DNA from: an uncultured Collinsella sp.
GTDB taxonomy: Bacteria; Spirochaetota; Spirochaetia; Treponematales; Treponemataceae
Direction of reading: 5' to 3'
DNA length: 64,000 nucleotides
NCBI GenBank assembly: GCA_963613915.1
Contig: CAVEBK010000003.1
Coordinates: 1,702-65,701, forward strand
The translations under genes and the position numbers were made by a program. Positions 9,297 through 18,616 of the stretch are shown in pieces (the first letter of the stretch is position 1; the number at the start of each line of letters is the position of its first letter). The notes under the pieces are model-generated. The model saw only the letters and a list, made by a program, of their open reading frames with translations, was not told where the DNA came from and made no database searches.

Positions 9297-9773
9297 CTAC
9301 TTTTTCTTTGATTTTGCAGCAGCTTCTGCAGCAGCATTTTCTGCCTTTGCTTCTGCATTGATTGATTCTTCTGCCTTATCAGCAGCTTTGTTAGCAGCCC
9401 GAGATGCTGCGATGCGTGCATTTGCTTTTGGTCCAAGGAGTTCCTTGATTCTTGCTCCCTTACCAACCTTGTCGCGCAAGTAGTAAAGTTTAGACTGACG
9501 AACTTTACCAGTCTTAACGATTTCTACTTTGATTACACGTGGGCTGAATACCGGGAATACACGTTCAACACCAACACCGTAAGATGTTTTGCGAACTGTA
9601 AAAGTCTTGCGAACGCCAGAACCTTTAATACAGATTACAACGCCTTCATATTTCTGAATACGTTTTACTTTACCTTCGATGATTTCGAAGTGAACTACAA
9701 CTGTGTCACCTACTTTGTAGAGCAAAGCGTTTTCTTTTTTCTGCTGTTCTTCAATAGTCTTAATAAGATCCAT
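9297..9773 (-). CDS. rplS: 50S ribosomal protein L19 with an Ala/Lys-rich C-terminal extension
   Basis: L19 core (FEGVVI-type, RKTSYGVGVERVFP) plus a tail of about 40 aa (AASRAANKAADKAEE..AAAKSKKK). Confidence 0.95.
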   Translation of the reverse strand: MDLIKTIEEQQKKENALLYKVGDTVVVHFEIIEGKVKRIQKYEGVVICIKGSGVRKTFTVRKTSYGVGVERVFPVFSPRVIKVEIVKTGKVRQSKLYYLRDKVGKGARIKELLGPKANARIAASRAANKAADKAEESINAEAKAENAAAEAAAKSKKK

Positions 9774-9775
9774 TG

Positions 9776-10573
9776 TTATTCTCCTGAATTATCCGTTGAC
9801 ATTCTTCTGCCACGGCGTTTTCTGTGTTCATGCTTTTGCAGGTGCATGTCCATCAGTTCCTCAATCATTTTTTCAGCTTCTGAAGTAAGTTCTCCCTTTA
9901 ACCTTGCCTGGACAATCAAGTCCGGTCTGTTTGCAAGCGTTTTTTGAATCTGCTTTTTCAGCCGCCACTTTCGGATCAGTTCATGGTTACCGCCAGTTAA
10001 AACATCTGGAACTTCCATGCCTTTGTATACTTTCGGGTGAGTATACTGAGGATACTCCAAAAGTCCGCCAGAATAACTTTCCTCTTCCAGTGATTCATGT
10101 GTAATAACATTGTCAACCAACCGATAAACAGCATCGATTATTACGGTTGCAGCTACTTCACCACTAGACATAACGTAATCCCCAATGGAAATTTCGTCAT
10201 CTACGTACTCATCAATTATACGCTGATCAATACCTTCGTATCTTCCGCATATAAGGACAATTTCGTCCTTCTGACTAAGTTCCTGCGCCTTAGATTGTGT
10301 AAACGGTTTTCCAGAAGGTGTAACATAAATTACATGCTTCTTATAAGCCTTTACGCTGTCTAATGCACGCCCGAGAGGTTCTGCCATCATTAATTGACCG
10401 GCTCCGCCTCCATACGGTTTGTCATCACAAGTCTTGTGTCTATCAAAGGCAAAATCCCTGATATTCACTAAATCGTAAGCAATAATTTCCTTTTCAACCG
10501 CCTTCGCCATGATTGAGGCTTCAAAAAAAGCGCGCGGAATTTCGGGAAATAAGGTCAGCACAGTAAATTTCAT
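9776..10573 (-). CDS. trmD: tRNA (guanine37-N1)-methyltransferase
   Basis: DDKPYGGGAGQLM and CGRYEGIDQR motifs. Sits in the rimM-trmD-rplS context. Confidence 0.95.
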   Translation of the reverse strand: MKFTVLTLFPEIPRAFFEASIMAKAVEKEIIAYDLVNIRDFAFDRHKTCDDKPYGGGAGQLMMAEPLGRALDSVKAYKKHVIYVTPSGKPFTQSKAQELSQKDEIVLICGRYEGIDQRIIDEYVDDEISIGDYVMSSGEVAATVIIDAVYRLVDNVITHESLEEESYSGGLLEYPQYTHPKVYKGMEVPDVLTGGNHELIRKWRLKKQIQKTLANRPDLIVQARLKGELTSEAEKMIEELMDMHLQKHEHRKRRGRRMSTDNSGE

Positions 10574-10577
10574 GGAA

Positions 10578-11201
10578 TTACTCCAGAATCCAGAGGTGCA
10601 TCAACTGGATTGTCTTGTTTTTAATATCAACATTTCTTACAAACTGAGGATTAAAAGGAACATAAACCGTCCTTACAGTCTTTCCGTCTGCAAGATATTT
10701 AATATTATCTGCAAGCAAATCGCAATTCTCGGCCAGCAAAATCTCAAGGAGATTTCCAGAACCGCCTTCTATTACGTCTGTGATCGTTCCCACTGTAACA
10801 CTTCTGCCAACAGCAGGCGCAGTCCAAACTGCCAATCCGTCATTGCCCTGTTCAGGATAAAAGTTAAGGGCACATTTTTTAAGGTCTTCGATATACCACT
10901 CGTTTTTGCCGAGTTTTTTGGCATATTTCCGTGGTACAACAATCTGCCATCCGTTGAGCTTACGAACATCTTCGGGTGAATTGATTCCCACAAGTTTTAA
11001 ATACAAGGTTCCGGCACCTTCACTAACCGACTCAACCTTACAAAGTTTTGAGTCTCCTGTTTTACCGTTCCTCAAAGTTACTTCTTTCATTGAATAAAAA
11101 TGTTCAAATTCACCAGAAGCACTTTCTACTTTCATATTACCCGACACGCCGTGAGAGCCACGGATAAAACCAACAATAAACTGTTCGGTCTGTTCTGCCA
11201 T
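10578..11201 (-). CDS. rimM: 16S rRNA processing protein RimM
   Basis: N-terminal G..RGSHGVSGNMKV motif and conserved position between the KH protein and trmD. Confidence 0.85.
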   Translation of the reverse strand: MAEQTEQFIVGFIRGSHGVSGNMKVESASGEFEHFYSMKEVTLRNGKTGDSKLCKVESVSEGAGTLYLKLVGINSPEDVRKLNGWQIVVPRKYAKKLGKNEWYIEDLKKCALNFYPEQGNDGLAVWTAPAVGRSVTVGTITDVIEGGSGNLLEILLAENCDLLADNIKYLADGKTVRTVYVPFNPQFVRNVDIKNKTIQLMHLWILE

Positions 11202-11204
11202 TTA

Positions 11205-11438
11205 CTAGTCCAAGATTTCGAGACTGTAACGTCTTCCGTCTTTTGATGCAGACGCACTCAAAACAGTACGCAAAGCTTTTGCAATACGGCCGTATTTACC
11301 GATCACCTTACCAATATCACCCTGGGCAACACGAAGTTCCAGAACCGGACCACGTTCACCCTCGGTTTCTGTCACCGAGACTGCACTGGGATCATCGACC
11401 AATGATTTTGCAATATATTCAATCAGGTCTTTTTCCAT
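11205..11438 (-). CDS. KH domain RNA-binding protein (YlqC-like)
   Basis: VAQGDIGKVIGKYGRIAKALRTV (GxxG KH motif). Confidence 0.85.
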   Translation of the reverse strand: MEKDLIEYIAKSLVDDPSAVSVTETEGERGPVLELRVAQGDIGKVIGKYGRIAKALRTVLSASASKDGRRYSLEILD

Positions 11439-11458
11439 TCCCCGTCACTCCAGTTCAG

Positions 11459-11701
11459 TTATTTGTTAAGGCCTTTTGTGCTGAAAAGCTTGCGAACAAC
11501 ATCAGTTGGCTGAGCACCAACACCAAGCCAGTACTTAGCGCGATCTTCTTTTACAGAAAACTGTTCACCTGCTGCGATTGGATCGTAAGTTCCAATTTCT
11601 TCGATTGTTGTGCCGTCACGTGGTTTGCGTGAATCCTGCACTACGATACGGTAAGCTGGACGCTTTTTTGTACCGAATTTCTTGAGTCTGATTTTGACCA
11701 C
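11459..11701 (-). CDS. rpsP: 30S ribosomal protein S16
   Basis: GTG start at 11701 preceded by GGAGGA. Product begins (M)VKIRLKKFGTKKRPAYRIVV. Confidence 0.9.
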   Translation of the reverse strand: MVKIRLKKFGTKKRPAYRIVVQDSRKPRDGTTIEEIGTYDPIAAGEQFSVKEDRAKYWLGVGAQPTDVVRKLFSTKGLNK

Positions 11702-11884
11702 TTTATCCTCCAAGGGCTTGTTTCCAAGTCCTAAAATTGAATGATTATTCACCGTGCATAAAAACACTAGTGTAGAATGTTGAATATCTTATTCTTTTAC
11801 AAAGATTTAATCAACTATGAAAAAATCATTTTCATTTATTTTAACAAATTAAAAAATACATTTTAAAGTCGAAGTTTGACACTT

Positions 11885-11923
11885 TTTGTATTTTTATACA
11901 TAATTTATGCATAAAAATTACAT
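11885..11923 (+). promoter_or_regulatory. putative tandem ARG boxes (ArgR operator) in front of argR
   Basis: Cores TGTATttttATACA (11887-11900) and TGCATaaaaATTAC (11908-11921) start 21 bp apart. They resemble the TGAAT-w4-ATTCA ARG box. Confidence 0.45.
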
Positions 11924-11935
11924 ACAGGCATATTT

Positions 11936-12406
11936 GTGAAAGAAAGAACAACCAGGCTTAAAGCCATAAAAAAACTTATAAAAAACAACAGAATAAAAAG
12001 CCAGGAAGAACTTCTCGGTCATCTTTTAACTGAAGGTTTTGAAGTAACCCAGGCAACGCTTTCGAGGGATTTAAAACTTTTAAAAGTCGGAAAACTCAGC
12101 GACGGCCACGCAGGTTATGTATATACCTTACCGGGCGAAGACGAAAAAGGCGAAAATGAAGAACTTTTTGTTCAGGATTTTCTGCGCGGATACGTAAGCA
12201 TTGAATGGAATGCGACAACGGTTGTAATAAAAACCTTTAGCGGACAGGCAAATTCCGTTGCAAATGCACTGGACAGCCTTAATTTAGAAGAAATTTTAGG
12301 AACTGTTGCCGGCGACAACTGCATTTTTGCAAGCCTAAGGGAAGGAATTTCTGGCGAGCAGTTTATAAAAGTATTAAAAAAACATATTCCTAATCTTGAT
12401 GAGTAG
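11936..12406 (+). CDS. argR: arginine repressor
   Basis: Winged-helix N-terminus (SQEELLGHLLTEGFEVTQATLSRDLK) and C-terminal GTVAGDN motif. GTG start. Confidence 0.9.
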   Translation: MKERTTRLKAIKKLIKNNRIKSQEELLGHLLTEGFEVTQATLSRDLKLLKVGKLSDGHAGYVYTLPGEDEKGENEELFVQDFLRGYVSIEWNATTVVIKTFSGQANSVANALDSLNLEEILGTVAGDNCIFASLREGISGEQFIKVLKKHIPNLDE

Positions 12407-12612
12407 GTGCGACCTCCTGTCGCGACAAGAAATGCAGTTGCATTTCTTGCGGCCACTCGTCTTTGTGCGCCCTCCCTGGCGCAGTACGGCGTCAGCTGCG
12501 TGAGCGGGTGTAAAGGTGCGCAAAGCGCAATGTTTGCGACAGCAAACATCGGAGGCGCGTCAGACGCCGCAGCCTTGGAACACGCGACGGCTGAAAGCCG
12601 GCACGCCCATAA
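12407..12612 (-). repeat. GC-rich structured intergenic element, composite copy R6
   Basis: Starts right after the argR stop. Hairpins gcgac-ctcct-gtcgc, caagaaatgca/tgcatttcttg and tgcgcc-ctccct-ggcgca, then cggaggcgcgtcagacgccgcagcc (reverse of the box seen at 21001-21030). Confidence 0.75.
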
Positions 12613-12678
12613 AAATCTCAAACACTTTTTTATTTTTTATTTTTTGTAATCCGTAAAGCACTAAGATATAATGAATCT

Positions 12679-14319
12679 ATGCTTACTTTAAAAATTGATG
12701 ACAAAAAAATTGAATTTCCATTTACAGTTCCTGGAACACAGGTTGTCCCGTTCTTAAAAAAAGGTTCGTCGCCGGTTGTGGCTCTGCGTTTTAACAATGA
12801 AATTTATTCACTTACGCGCCACATTCTTACTAACGGCACGGTTGAACCAGTTTATTTAAATTCGCGGGAAGGAATGTATATTTACCGCCGTTCGCTTTCA
12901 TTTATTCTTTCGGCAGCGGCTCACAAACTTTTTCCAGGCAAAAGGCTTGTTATTGGTCACAGTCTTGGCGCAAGTTATTATTACACTTTTGACGATTCTC
13001 CGGTTACACAGGAACAGGTGCAGGCTTTAAAGCAGGAAATGCAGGCTCTGGTTAAAAAAAATGAAGAAATTACGATGCATTTTATGTCTTACCAGGATGC
13101 ATGTGAACTTTTTGAAAAATACGGATTAAAGGATTCAAGACAGCAGCTTGAATACACCTGCCCTCCGATGATTATGTTCAACATGCTCGGCAATTATTTT
13201 GACATTTACCAGGGTCCGTGCCTTGAAAAAACCGGGCTTGCTGAAAGTTTTGATCTTACGCCTTATGACGAAGGTTTTCTGCTGATTTTTCCTGCCAGTC
13301 CGCAAAGCATGGAATTGAATTCTTTTACGGATTCTCCAAAGATTTTTGAAATTTATAAAAAATATAAGGAATGGGGAAAACAGGTAAACGTAAAAACTTC
13401 TGCCGACTTAAATAAATTGATTTTAACAAGGCAGATTAATGATTTTATTGATATTACAGAAACGTTTCAGTCACAGAATTATGCTTCGGTTGCAATGCAG
13501 ATAAAACAGAAAAAGAACGTAAAGGTTGTTTTAATTGCCGGCCCTTCTTCTTCTGGGAAAACGACTTCTGCAAAAAAACTTGCCCTGCATTTAAAGGCAG
13601 TCGGATATACACCAAAGGTAATTTCGCTCGACAATTATTATGTTGGACGCGAAAAAAATCCAAAGGACGAAAACGGCAACTACGACTATGAATGCTTAGA
13701 AGCCTTAGATATTCCCTTGCTGAATCAGAATTTAAACGATTTGTTTGAAGGCAAGGAAGTTGAAATTCCTTCTTACAATTTTGACCTTGGTCAGCCTTAT
13801 TACACCGGCGAAAAAATGTCGCTAGGAGAACACGATATTTTAATAATGGAAGGAATCCACGCCTTAAATGAAAAACTTACTCCAAAAGTAAAGAGTGAAT
13901 ACAAGTTTAAGATTTATCTTTCTGCCCTGACACAGCTGAATGTAAACGACCACACGAGAATTGCTTCGAGCGATAACCGCCTGCTGCGCCGTATTGTGCG
14001 TGACTCAAAATTCAGGGGAAAGAGTGCTGCAGCAACAATCGGAATGTGGGAAAACGTACAGAAAGGCGAAAAACTGCATATTTTTCCGTTTCAGAACAAT
14101 GCAGATGCAGTCTTAAACACAGCCCTGGATTATGAAATTCCGGTTTTAAAGGTTTATGCAAGCCCGCTTTTAATGGCCGTAAAACCAGACTGCCCAGAAT
14201 ACAGCGAAGCCATAAGGCTTTTATGCTTTCTGTCTAACTTTGACCAGATTCCGGAAACATATGTTCCAAAACAGTCGATCGTAAGGGAATTTATAGGCGG
14301 TTCAAGCTTCCATTACTAA
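12679..14319 (+). CDS. uridine/nucleoside kinase family protein with a long N-terminal (TGS-like) extension
   Basis: P-loop GPSSSGKTT and ISLDNYY, with a uridine-kinase-like C-terminal half. Confidence 0.75.
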   Translation: MLTLKIDDKKIEFPFTVPGTQVVPFLKKGSSPVVALRFNNEIYSLTRHILTNGTVEPVYLNSREGMYIYRRSLSFILSAAAHKLFPGKRLVIGHSLGASYYYTFDDSPVTQEQVQALKQEMQALVKKNEEITMHFMSYQDACELFEKYGLKDSRQQLEYTCPPMIMFNMLGNYFDIYQGPCLEKTGLAESFDLTPYDEGFLLIFPASPQSMELNSFTDSPKIFEIYKKYKEWGKQVNVKTSADLNKLILTRQINDFIDITETFQSQNYASVAMQIKQKKNVKVVLIAGPSSSGKTTSAKKLALHLKAVGYTPKVISLDNYYVGREKNPKDENGNYDYECLEALDIPLLNQNLNDLFEGKEVEIPSYNFDLGQPYYTGEKMSLGEHDILIMEGIHALNEKLTPKVKSEYKFKIYLSALTQLNVNDHTRIASSDNRLLRRIVRDSKFRGKSAAATIGMWENVQKGEKLHIFPFQNNADAVLNTALDYEIPVLKVYASPLLMAVKPDCPEYSEAIRLLCFLSNFDQIPETYVPKQSIVREFIGGSSFHY

Positions 14320-14321
14320 GC

Positions 14322-14532
14322 GCGCGAAGAATGCATGCTTTTTTGTCTGTGCCTTATAGCCCCGATTGTAACGGCGCCGTAAGGCGTTGTACGACATCCT
14401 GTCGTGCAACAAATTGCAAAGCAATTTGTTCGGGTCTATCGTCTTTAGTGCCGTCCGTGGCACCATTTTACCGTGTAAAAACAAAGTACAATGAAGCGGT
14501 AGCGCAACCGTGAAAAGCGGGCGCGGGCTGTA
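14322..14532 (-). repeat. GC-rich structured intergenic element, copy R7 (between convergent gene ends)
   Basis: cgattgtaacggcgccgtaagg (reverse boxR), hairpins acgac-atcct-gtcgt, caacaaattgc/gcaatttgttg and gtgcc-gtccgt-ggcac, then caaccgtgaaaagcggg (reverse boxL). Confidence 0.75.
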
Positions 14533-14553
14533 AATACGCTCCAGAAAAAAAAG

Positions 14554-14982
14554 CTACTTTCTTGCCTGCCTTGAGTTTACAATGTCGTCGAGTTCAACTG
14601 CTTCGCGGCGTGCGTTTTCCAGCTTCCAGTCATTCTGCCGGCTTTCCTTTAATTTTTCGAGGGCTTTTACTTTTAGCATTGCTTCCTTCATTTTCTGCCG
14701 TTTTTCTTCCGTTTCTAAATGCGCGGCCGTAAGTTCCTGCAGAAGTTTTTCTTTGCGCTGGTCAAGGAGAGCAAGGTAATTGTTAAGGTTGTAAAGTTCA
14801 AAGGCGTTTTTTATGTTATCCGCAGTTTTTACTGTCTGCACACGCTGCTCTGCAACCATATCCAGAGTTGACTGAATCTGTGCTTCTTTTGTAACGGCTT
14901 TTCCGAGTTCCGCCTGTGCCTGTTTTTCTTCAAACTGGCGGAGATTCAGGATTTTCTGCATTGAAAAAACAAATTTTTTCAT
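14554..14982 (-). CDS. fliJ: flagellar export chaperone FliJ
   Basis: 142-aa coiled-coil protein immediately downstream of fliI. Confidence 0.75.
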   Translation of the reverse strand: MKKFVFSMQKILNLRQFEEKQAQAELGKAVTKEAQIQSTLDMVAEQRVQTVKTADNIKNAFELYNLNNYLALLDQRKEKLLQELTAAHLETEEKRQKMKEAMLKVKALEKLKESRQNDWKLENARREAVELDDIVNSRQARK

Positions 14983-15003
14983 TTAAGGTGCCTGTTTTTA
15001 TTA

Positions 15004-16518
15004 TTAAGAAGCGGAAGTTGAATTAATTGCCTTTGCAGTCTTTGCAAGAATGTTATCAACTGCGTTCAACGGCTGATTTTCTACAGAATGTTCATTTGAA
15101 GAAGCAACATCGTCGATTTTGCGTTCCTGAACAAGCTCTGCCGTTGATTTTTTACCAGAACCAGCAAGCTCGTCAGCTTCATCTTCTGGAATTTCAATTC
15201 CAGCAACTGCACTTAAAATCTGCAGAGTATTTTCAATTGAACAATGGTCTGTTTTTGACTGGGTTAAAAGTTCTTCGATTGCCGCGTGCTTATCGATTGC
15301 TTCGTCGATTTCCGGGCTGTTGCCTTTTGCGTAAACTCCGGCAGTTATCATGTCCCTGTTTTCTTCGTAGATTGAAATTAACCGGCTTACCTTGTTTACT
15401 GCTTTTTGAGTCTGAGGACCTGTAACGTCGTCCCAGAGACGGCTGATTGAAGTTGTAATATCGATTGCAGGAAAATGTCTTTCCTTAAAAAGTTTTTTGC
15501 TTAAAACAATGTGTCCGTCGAGGGTTCCGCGGACTTTATCGCTTACAGGCTCATTTAAGTCGTCGCCGTCAACAAGAACCGTGTAAAAAGCTGTGATTGA
15601 ACCCTTGTCGTTTGTTCCTGTGCGTTCAAGAAGTTTTGGAAGCATGTCCCAGACGCTTGCAGGATAGCCGCTTTGTGTCGGAGGTTCACCGTTCGCTGTT
15701 CCTATTTCCCTCTGGGCATGACAGAATCTGGTTACGCTGTCCATCATCAGCATAACGTCTTTTCCCTGGTCCCTGAAATATTCAGCAATCGCCGTAGTTG
15801 TGTAAGCTGCCCGGAGGCGCGAAATTGAACTCTGGTCTCCGGTTGCAACAACAACGACAGACCTTTTCATTCCTTCGGGGCCTAAATCGTGTTCAATAAA
15901 ATCCATAACTTCACGGCCACGTTCGCCGATAAGCCCGATAACGTTAATATCTGCGTTTGTATTGCGAGCTATCATGGAAAGCAGTGTTGACTTTCCAACT
16001 CCGGAACCGGCAAAAATACCGATACGCTGTCCTTTTCCGCATGTTAAAAGAGAATCGATTGCACGCACACCTGTAACAATGCGTCTGTTAATGTCTTTTC
16101 TTGTATATGGATTTGGAGCAGGTGCAATTGCAGGATAAAAATCGTCATTTTGCAAAGGACCCTTGCCGTCGTAGGGACGGCCAAGAGCATCGATTACCCT
16201 TCCAAGAAGTCTGTTTCCAACAGGAACCCTGAGTTCCCTGCCACTTGCAACGACTTCGCTGCCGGCAACAATTCCTTTTGTGTCACCGTATGCCATTAAG
16301 TTAACGACATTTTCTTCTGTATCAAAGCCGACAACCTCTGCAGTAAGTTCAGAGCCGTCAGCATTTTTTATCGTGCACAGCTCGCCAATCTTTGCATACG
16401 GCCCGGAACTTCTGATCATAAGCCCCTTAATTGCAGTTACGCGACCTGTATACAAAATAGTTTCTGTGTCTATGACAGTCTTTAAATATTTACTGAAGAA
16501 TTGTTCCATGCTTTCCAC
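15004..16518 (-). CDS. fliI: flagellum-specific ATPase FliI
   Basis: Walker A GSGVGKST in a T3SS/F1-type ATPase core. It carries an extra C-terminal tail of about 60 aa. Confidence 0.95.
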   Translation of the reverse strand: MESMEQFFSKYLKTVIDTETILYTGRVTAIKGLMIRSSGPYAKIGELCTIKNADGSELTAEVVGFDTEENVVNLMAYGDTKGIVAGSEVVASGRELRVPVGNRLLGRVIDALGRPYDGKGPLQNDDFYPAIAPAPNPYTRKDINRRIVTGVRAIDSLLTCGKGQRIGIFAGSGVGKSTLLSMIARNTNADINVIGLIGERGREVMDFIEHDLGPEGMKRSVVVVATGDQSSISRLRAAYTTTAIAEYFRDQGKDVMLMMDSVTRFCHAQREIGTANGEPPTQSGYPASVWDMLPKLLERTGTNDKGSITAFYTVLVDGDDLNEPVSDKVRGTLDGHIVLSKKLFKERHFPAIDITTSISRLWDDVTGPQTQKAVNKVSRLISIYEENRDMITAGVYAKGNSPEIDEAIDKHAAIEELLTQSKTDHCSIENTLQILSAVAGIEIPEDEADELAGSGKKSTAELVQERKIDDVASSNEHSVENQPLNAVDNILAKTAKAINSTSAS

Positions 16519-16543
16519 CCCAAAGCGATTGTGTCAAAAAAAA

Positions 16544-17476
16544 TTACTGCTGTTTTAAAACTTCTTTCTTTTGAACAGTTTTGAGTGGTGAAAGTTCAAG
16601 AATCTTGCTTTCAAGTTCAGACAGCTGGCTTGAAATTCTTGCATCAATTGCACCAAAATCCGTTTCTACGATACAGCCGCCCTTATCAACAGAACTGTCT
16701 TCTACAAGAGTTATGCCGGAAACATTTTCTACCTGGGCAGTAAAATCCTTTATGTGCTCTGTCAAAAGCTTTACGTCTTCGAGATTTACACGGATTGTAA
16801 CGTTTCCACGGGTTTTTACTTTTTTCAGCGCAGAAAGAACATTTGCCATTACAACCTGTTTCTGGTTTTCAGACATGATTTTTACAACTTTTTTGGAAAT
16901 CAGCAGTACAAGCTGAACTACCTGCTCTTCAGTTTCGCTCAGGATTTCTTCACGGCGATTTAAAACCGTTTCAAGGATTTTGTGAGAACGTTCAATCAGG
17001 CGGTTAACTTCAGCCTTTCCGCTTTCAAAACCTGCTTCCTGACCAGATTTAAAACCTTCGTCATAGGCAGAGCGTTTTAGGTCATCGCGTTCAATCTGTG
17101 CTTTTGCTGCAATGTCATCCGCCTGAACTTTAGCGTCGCTTACAATTTTCTGAGCTTCGTTTTCCGCATTTGCCTTTATTGTCTGAGCTTCGTCACTCTG
17201 TCTTTTTACTTCTGCAAAGGCAGCATCTTTTGCATCTTCAATAATTTTGTCAGCCTGAGACTGGGCTTCGTCGAGCAGCTGCTGTTTTTCTGTTTCCCAC
17301 TGGGTTTTAAAAGCTTCAGCTTCCCTTCTTAAATCGTCAGCCGTAGGTCCCGTGTACTGCGGAACTTCTTCAACTTCAACTTCTTCAACCGGTTCTTCAA
17401 AAGTGTGCACAAGACCGAGCTTGAACTCTCCGGATTTTGTTTTTACTTCGCCTGGCTGAAACAAGTTTTTATTCAT
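16544..17476 (-). CDS. fliH: flagellar assembly protein FliH
   Basis: Coiled Glu/Ala/Lys-rich region plus a FliH-like C-terminal domain. Lies between fliG and fliI. Confidence 0.85.
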   Translation of the reverse strand: MNKNLFQPGEVKTKSGEFKLGLVHTFEEPVEEVEVEEVPQYTGPTADDLRREAEAFKTQWETEKQQLLDEAQSQADKIIEDAKDAAFAEVKRQSDEAQTIKANAENEAQKIVSDAKVQADDIAAKAQIERDDLKRSAYDEGFKSGQEAGFESGKAEVNRLIERSHKILETVLNRREEILSETEEQVVQLVLLISKKVVKIMSENQKQVVMANVLSALKKVKTRGNVTIRVNLEDVKLLTEHIKDFTAQVENVSGITLVEDSSVDKGGCIVETDFGAIDARISSQLSELESKILELSPLKTVQKKEVLKQQ

Positions 17477-17530
17477 CTCTTTTCCTTTTTTTTACTATCT
17501 GGGTGGCTTTTTGCTCTGCAAAAATAAATT

Positions 17531-18613
17531 CTAAACAACAAGTTCGTCTTCGCCTGAACGGGCAATAACGATTTCTCCACCGTCTTCAAGGCGTCTGATT
17601 GTAGAAACAATCTTCTGCTGAGCTTCTTCAACATCCTTTAAGCGGACAGGTCCCATAAATTCCATATCTTCTTTTAACATGCTTGCAGCACGTTTTGACA
17701 TATTACGGAAAATCTTGTCCTGAACTTCAGTATCAACCGACTTGAGGGCTTTTGCAAGTTCCTGGGTATCGACTTCGCGCAGAACTTTCTGGATTGCACG
17801 GTCGTCGAGCATAACAATATCTTCGAATACGAACATTCGCTTCTTGATTTCTTCTGCCAGGTCCGGATCGTCTTCTTCGAGGGATTCAATAATCTGTTTT
17901 TCAGAAGAACGGTCAACAAGGTTGAGGATTTCAACGATGGATTCAACACCACCTGCAGCAGTGTAGTCTTCGCTGGACAATGTAGAAAGTTTCTTTTCAA
18001 GAACGCGTTCAACTTCGCGCAGAACGTCAGGAGAAGTACGGTCCATTGTTGCAAGACGGCGCGAAACTTCCGGCTGAATCTCTGCAGGCAGGTTCTGCAA
18101 AATGATTGCAGCCTTGCTTGGTTCAAGATAAGCCAGGATCAGGGCAATTGTCTGCGGATATTCAGTCTGAATAAAGTTCAAAAGGTGCGAAGGATCCGTA
18201 CGGCGGATAAAATCAAACGGGCGAACCTGCAGGCTCGAAGTTAAACGGTTAATAATATCGATTGCTTTTTGAGAACCAAGCGACTTTTCAAGAAGTTCGC
18301 GGGCATAATCAATACCACCAGTCGAAATAAAATTCTGTGCCTGCATCAGATCCTGGAATTCTTCAAGAACCTGATCCTTAAAATCTGCATCAACAGTTTC
18401 GAGACGGGCAATTTCAAAAGTCAATGTTTCTACTTCATCTTCGCGCAAGTGCTTCATAATTTCCGAAGAAACATCGCTTCCAAGCGAAACAAGGAAAATT
18501 GCAGCCTTCTGGCGGCCTGTCAGACTTTTATAATCTTTTGCACCGGATTTTTTTCCACCGGCTGGTTTTACATTAGATGGCTTTGAAGCAGCCTTTGCTT
18601 TTTCATCTGCCAT
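17531..18613 (-). CDS. fliG: flagellar motor switch protein FliG
   Basis: FliG domains (..EDIVMLDDRAIQKVLREVD..MLKEDME..) with a spirochaete-type basic N-terminal extension. Confidence 0.95.
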   Translation of the reverse strand: MADEKAKAASKPSNVKPAGGKKSGAKDYKSLTGRQKAAIFLVSLGSDVSSEIMKHLREDEVETLTFEIARLETVDADFKDQVLEEFQDLMQAQNFISTGGIDYARELLEKSLGSQKAIDIINRLTSSLQVRPFDFIRRTDPSHLLNFIQTEYPQTIALILAYLEPSKAAIILQNLPAEIQPEVSRRLATMDRTSPDVLREVERVLEKKLSTLSSEDYTAAGGVESIVEILNLVDRSSEKQIIESLEEDDPDLAEEIKKRMFVFEDIVMLDDRAIQKVLREVDTQELAKALKSVDTEVQDKIFRNMSKRAASMLKEDMEFMGPVRLKDVEEAQQKIVSTIRRLEDGGEIVIARSGEDELVV

Positions 18614-18616
18614 AGA

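Noticed and set aside
10509-10979. A 156-aa plus-strand ORF.
   Set aside because: It is antisense to rimM and trmD, which have clear family motifs and operon context.
12172-12649. ORFs of 149 aa (minus strand) and 80 aa (plus strand) overlapping the argR-downstream spacer.
   Set aside because: They lie entirely within the GC-rich hairpin element R6. Their open frames and Ala/Arg/Cys-rich products come from GC-rich palindromic DNA. No RBS or family resemblance is present.
12407-14532. Repeated hairpins as a possible CRISPR array.
   Set aside because: The copies are dispersed kilobases apart and differ in sequence. They are not arranged as regularly spaced identical repeats with unique spacers, and no cas genes are present.
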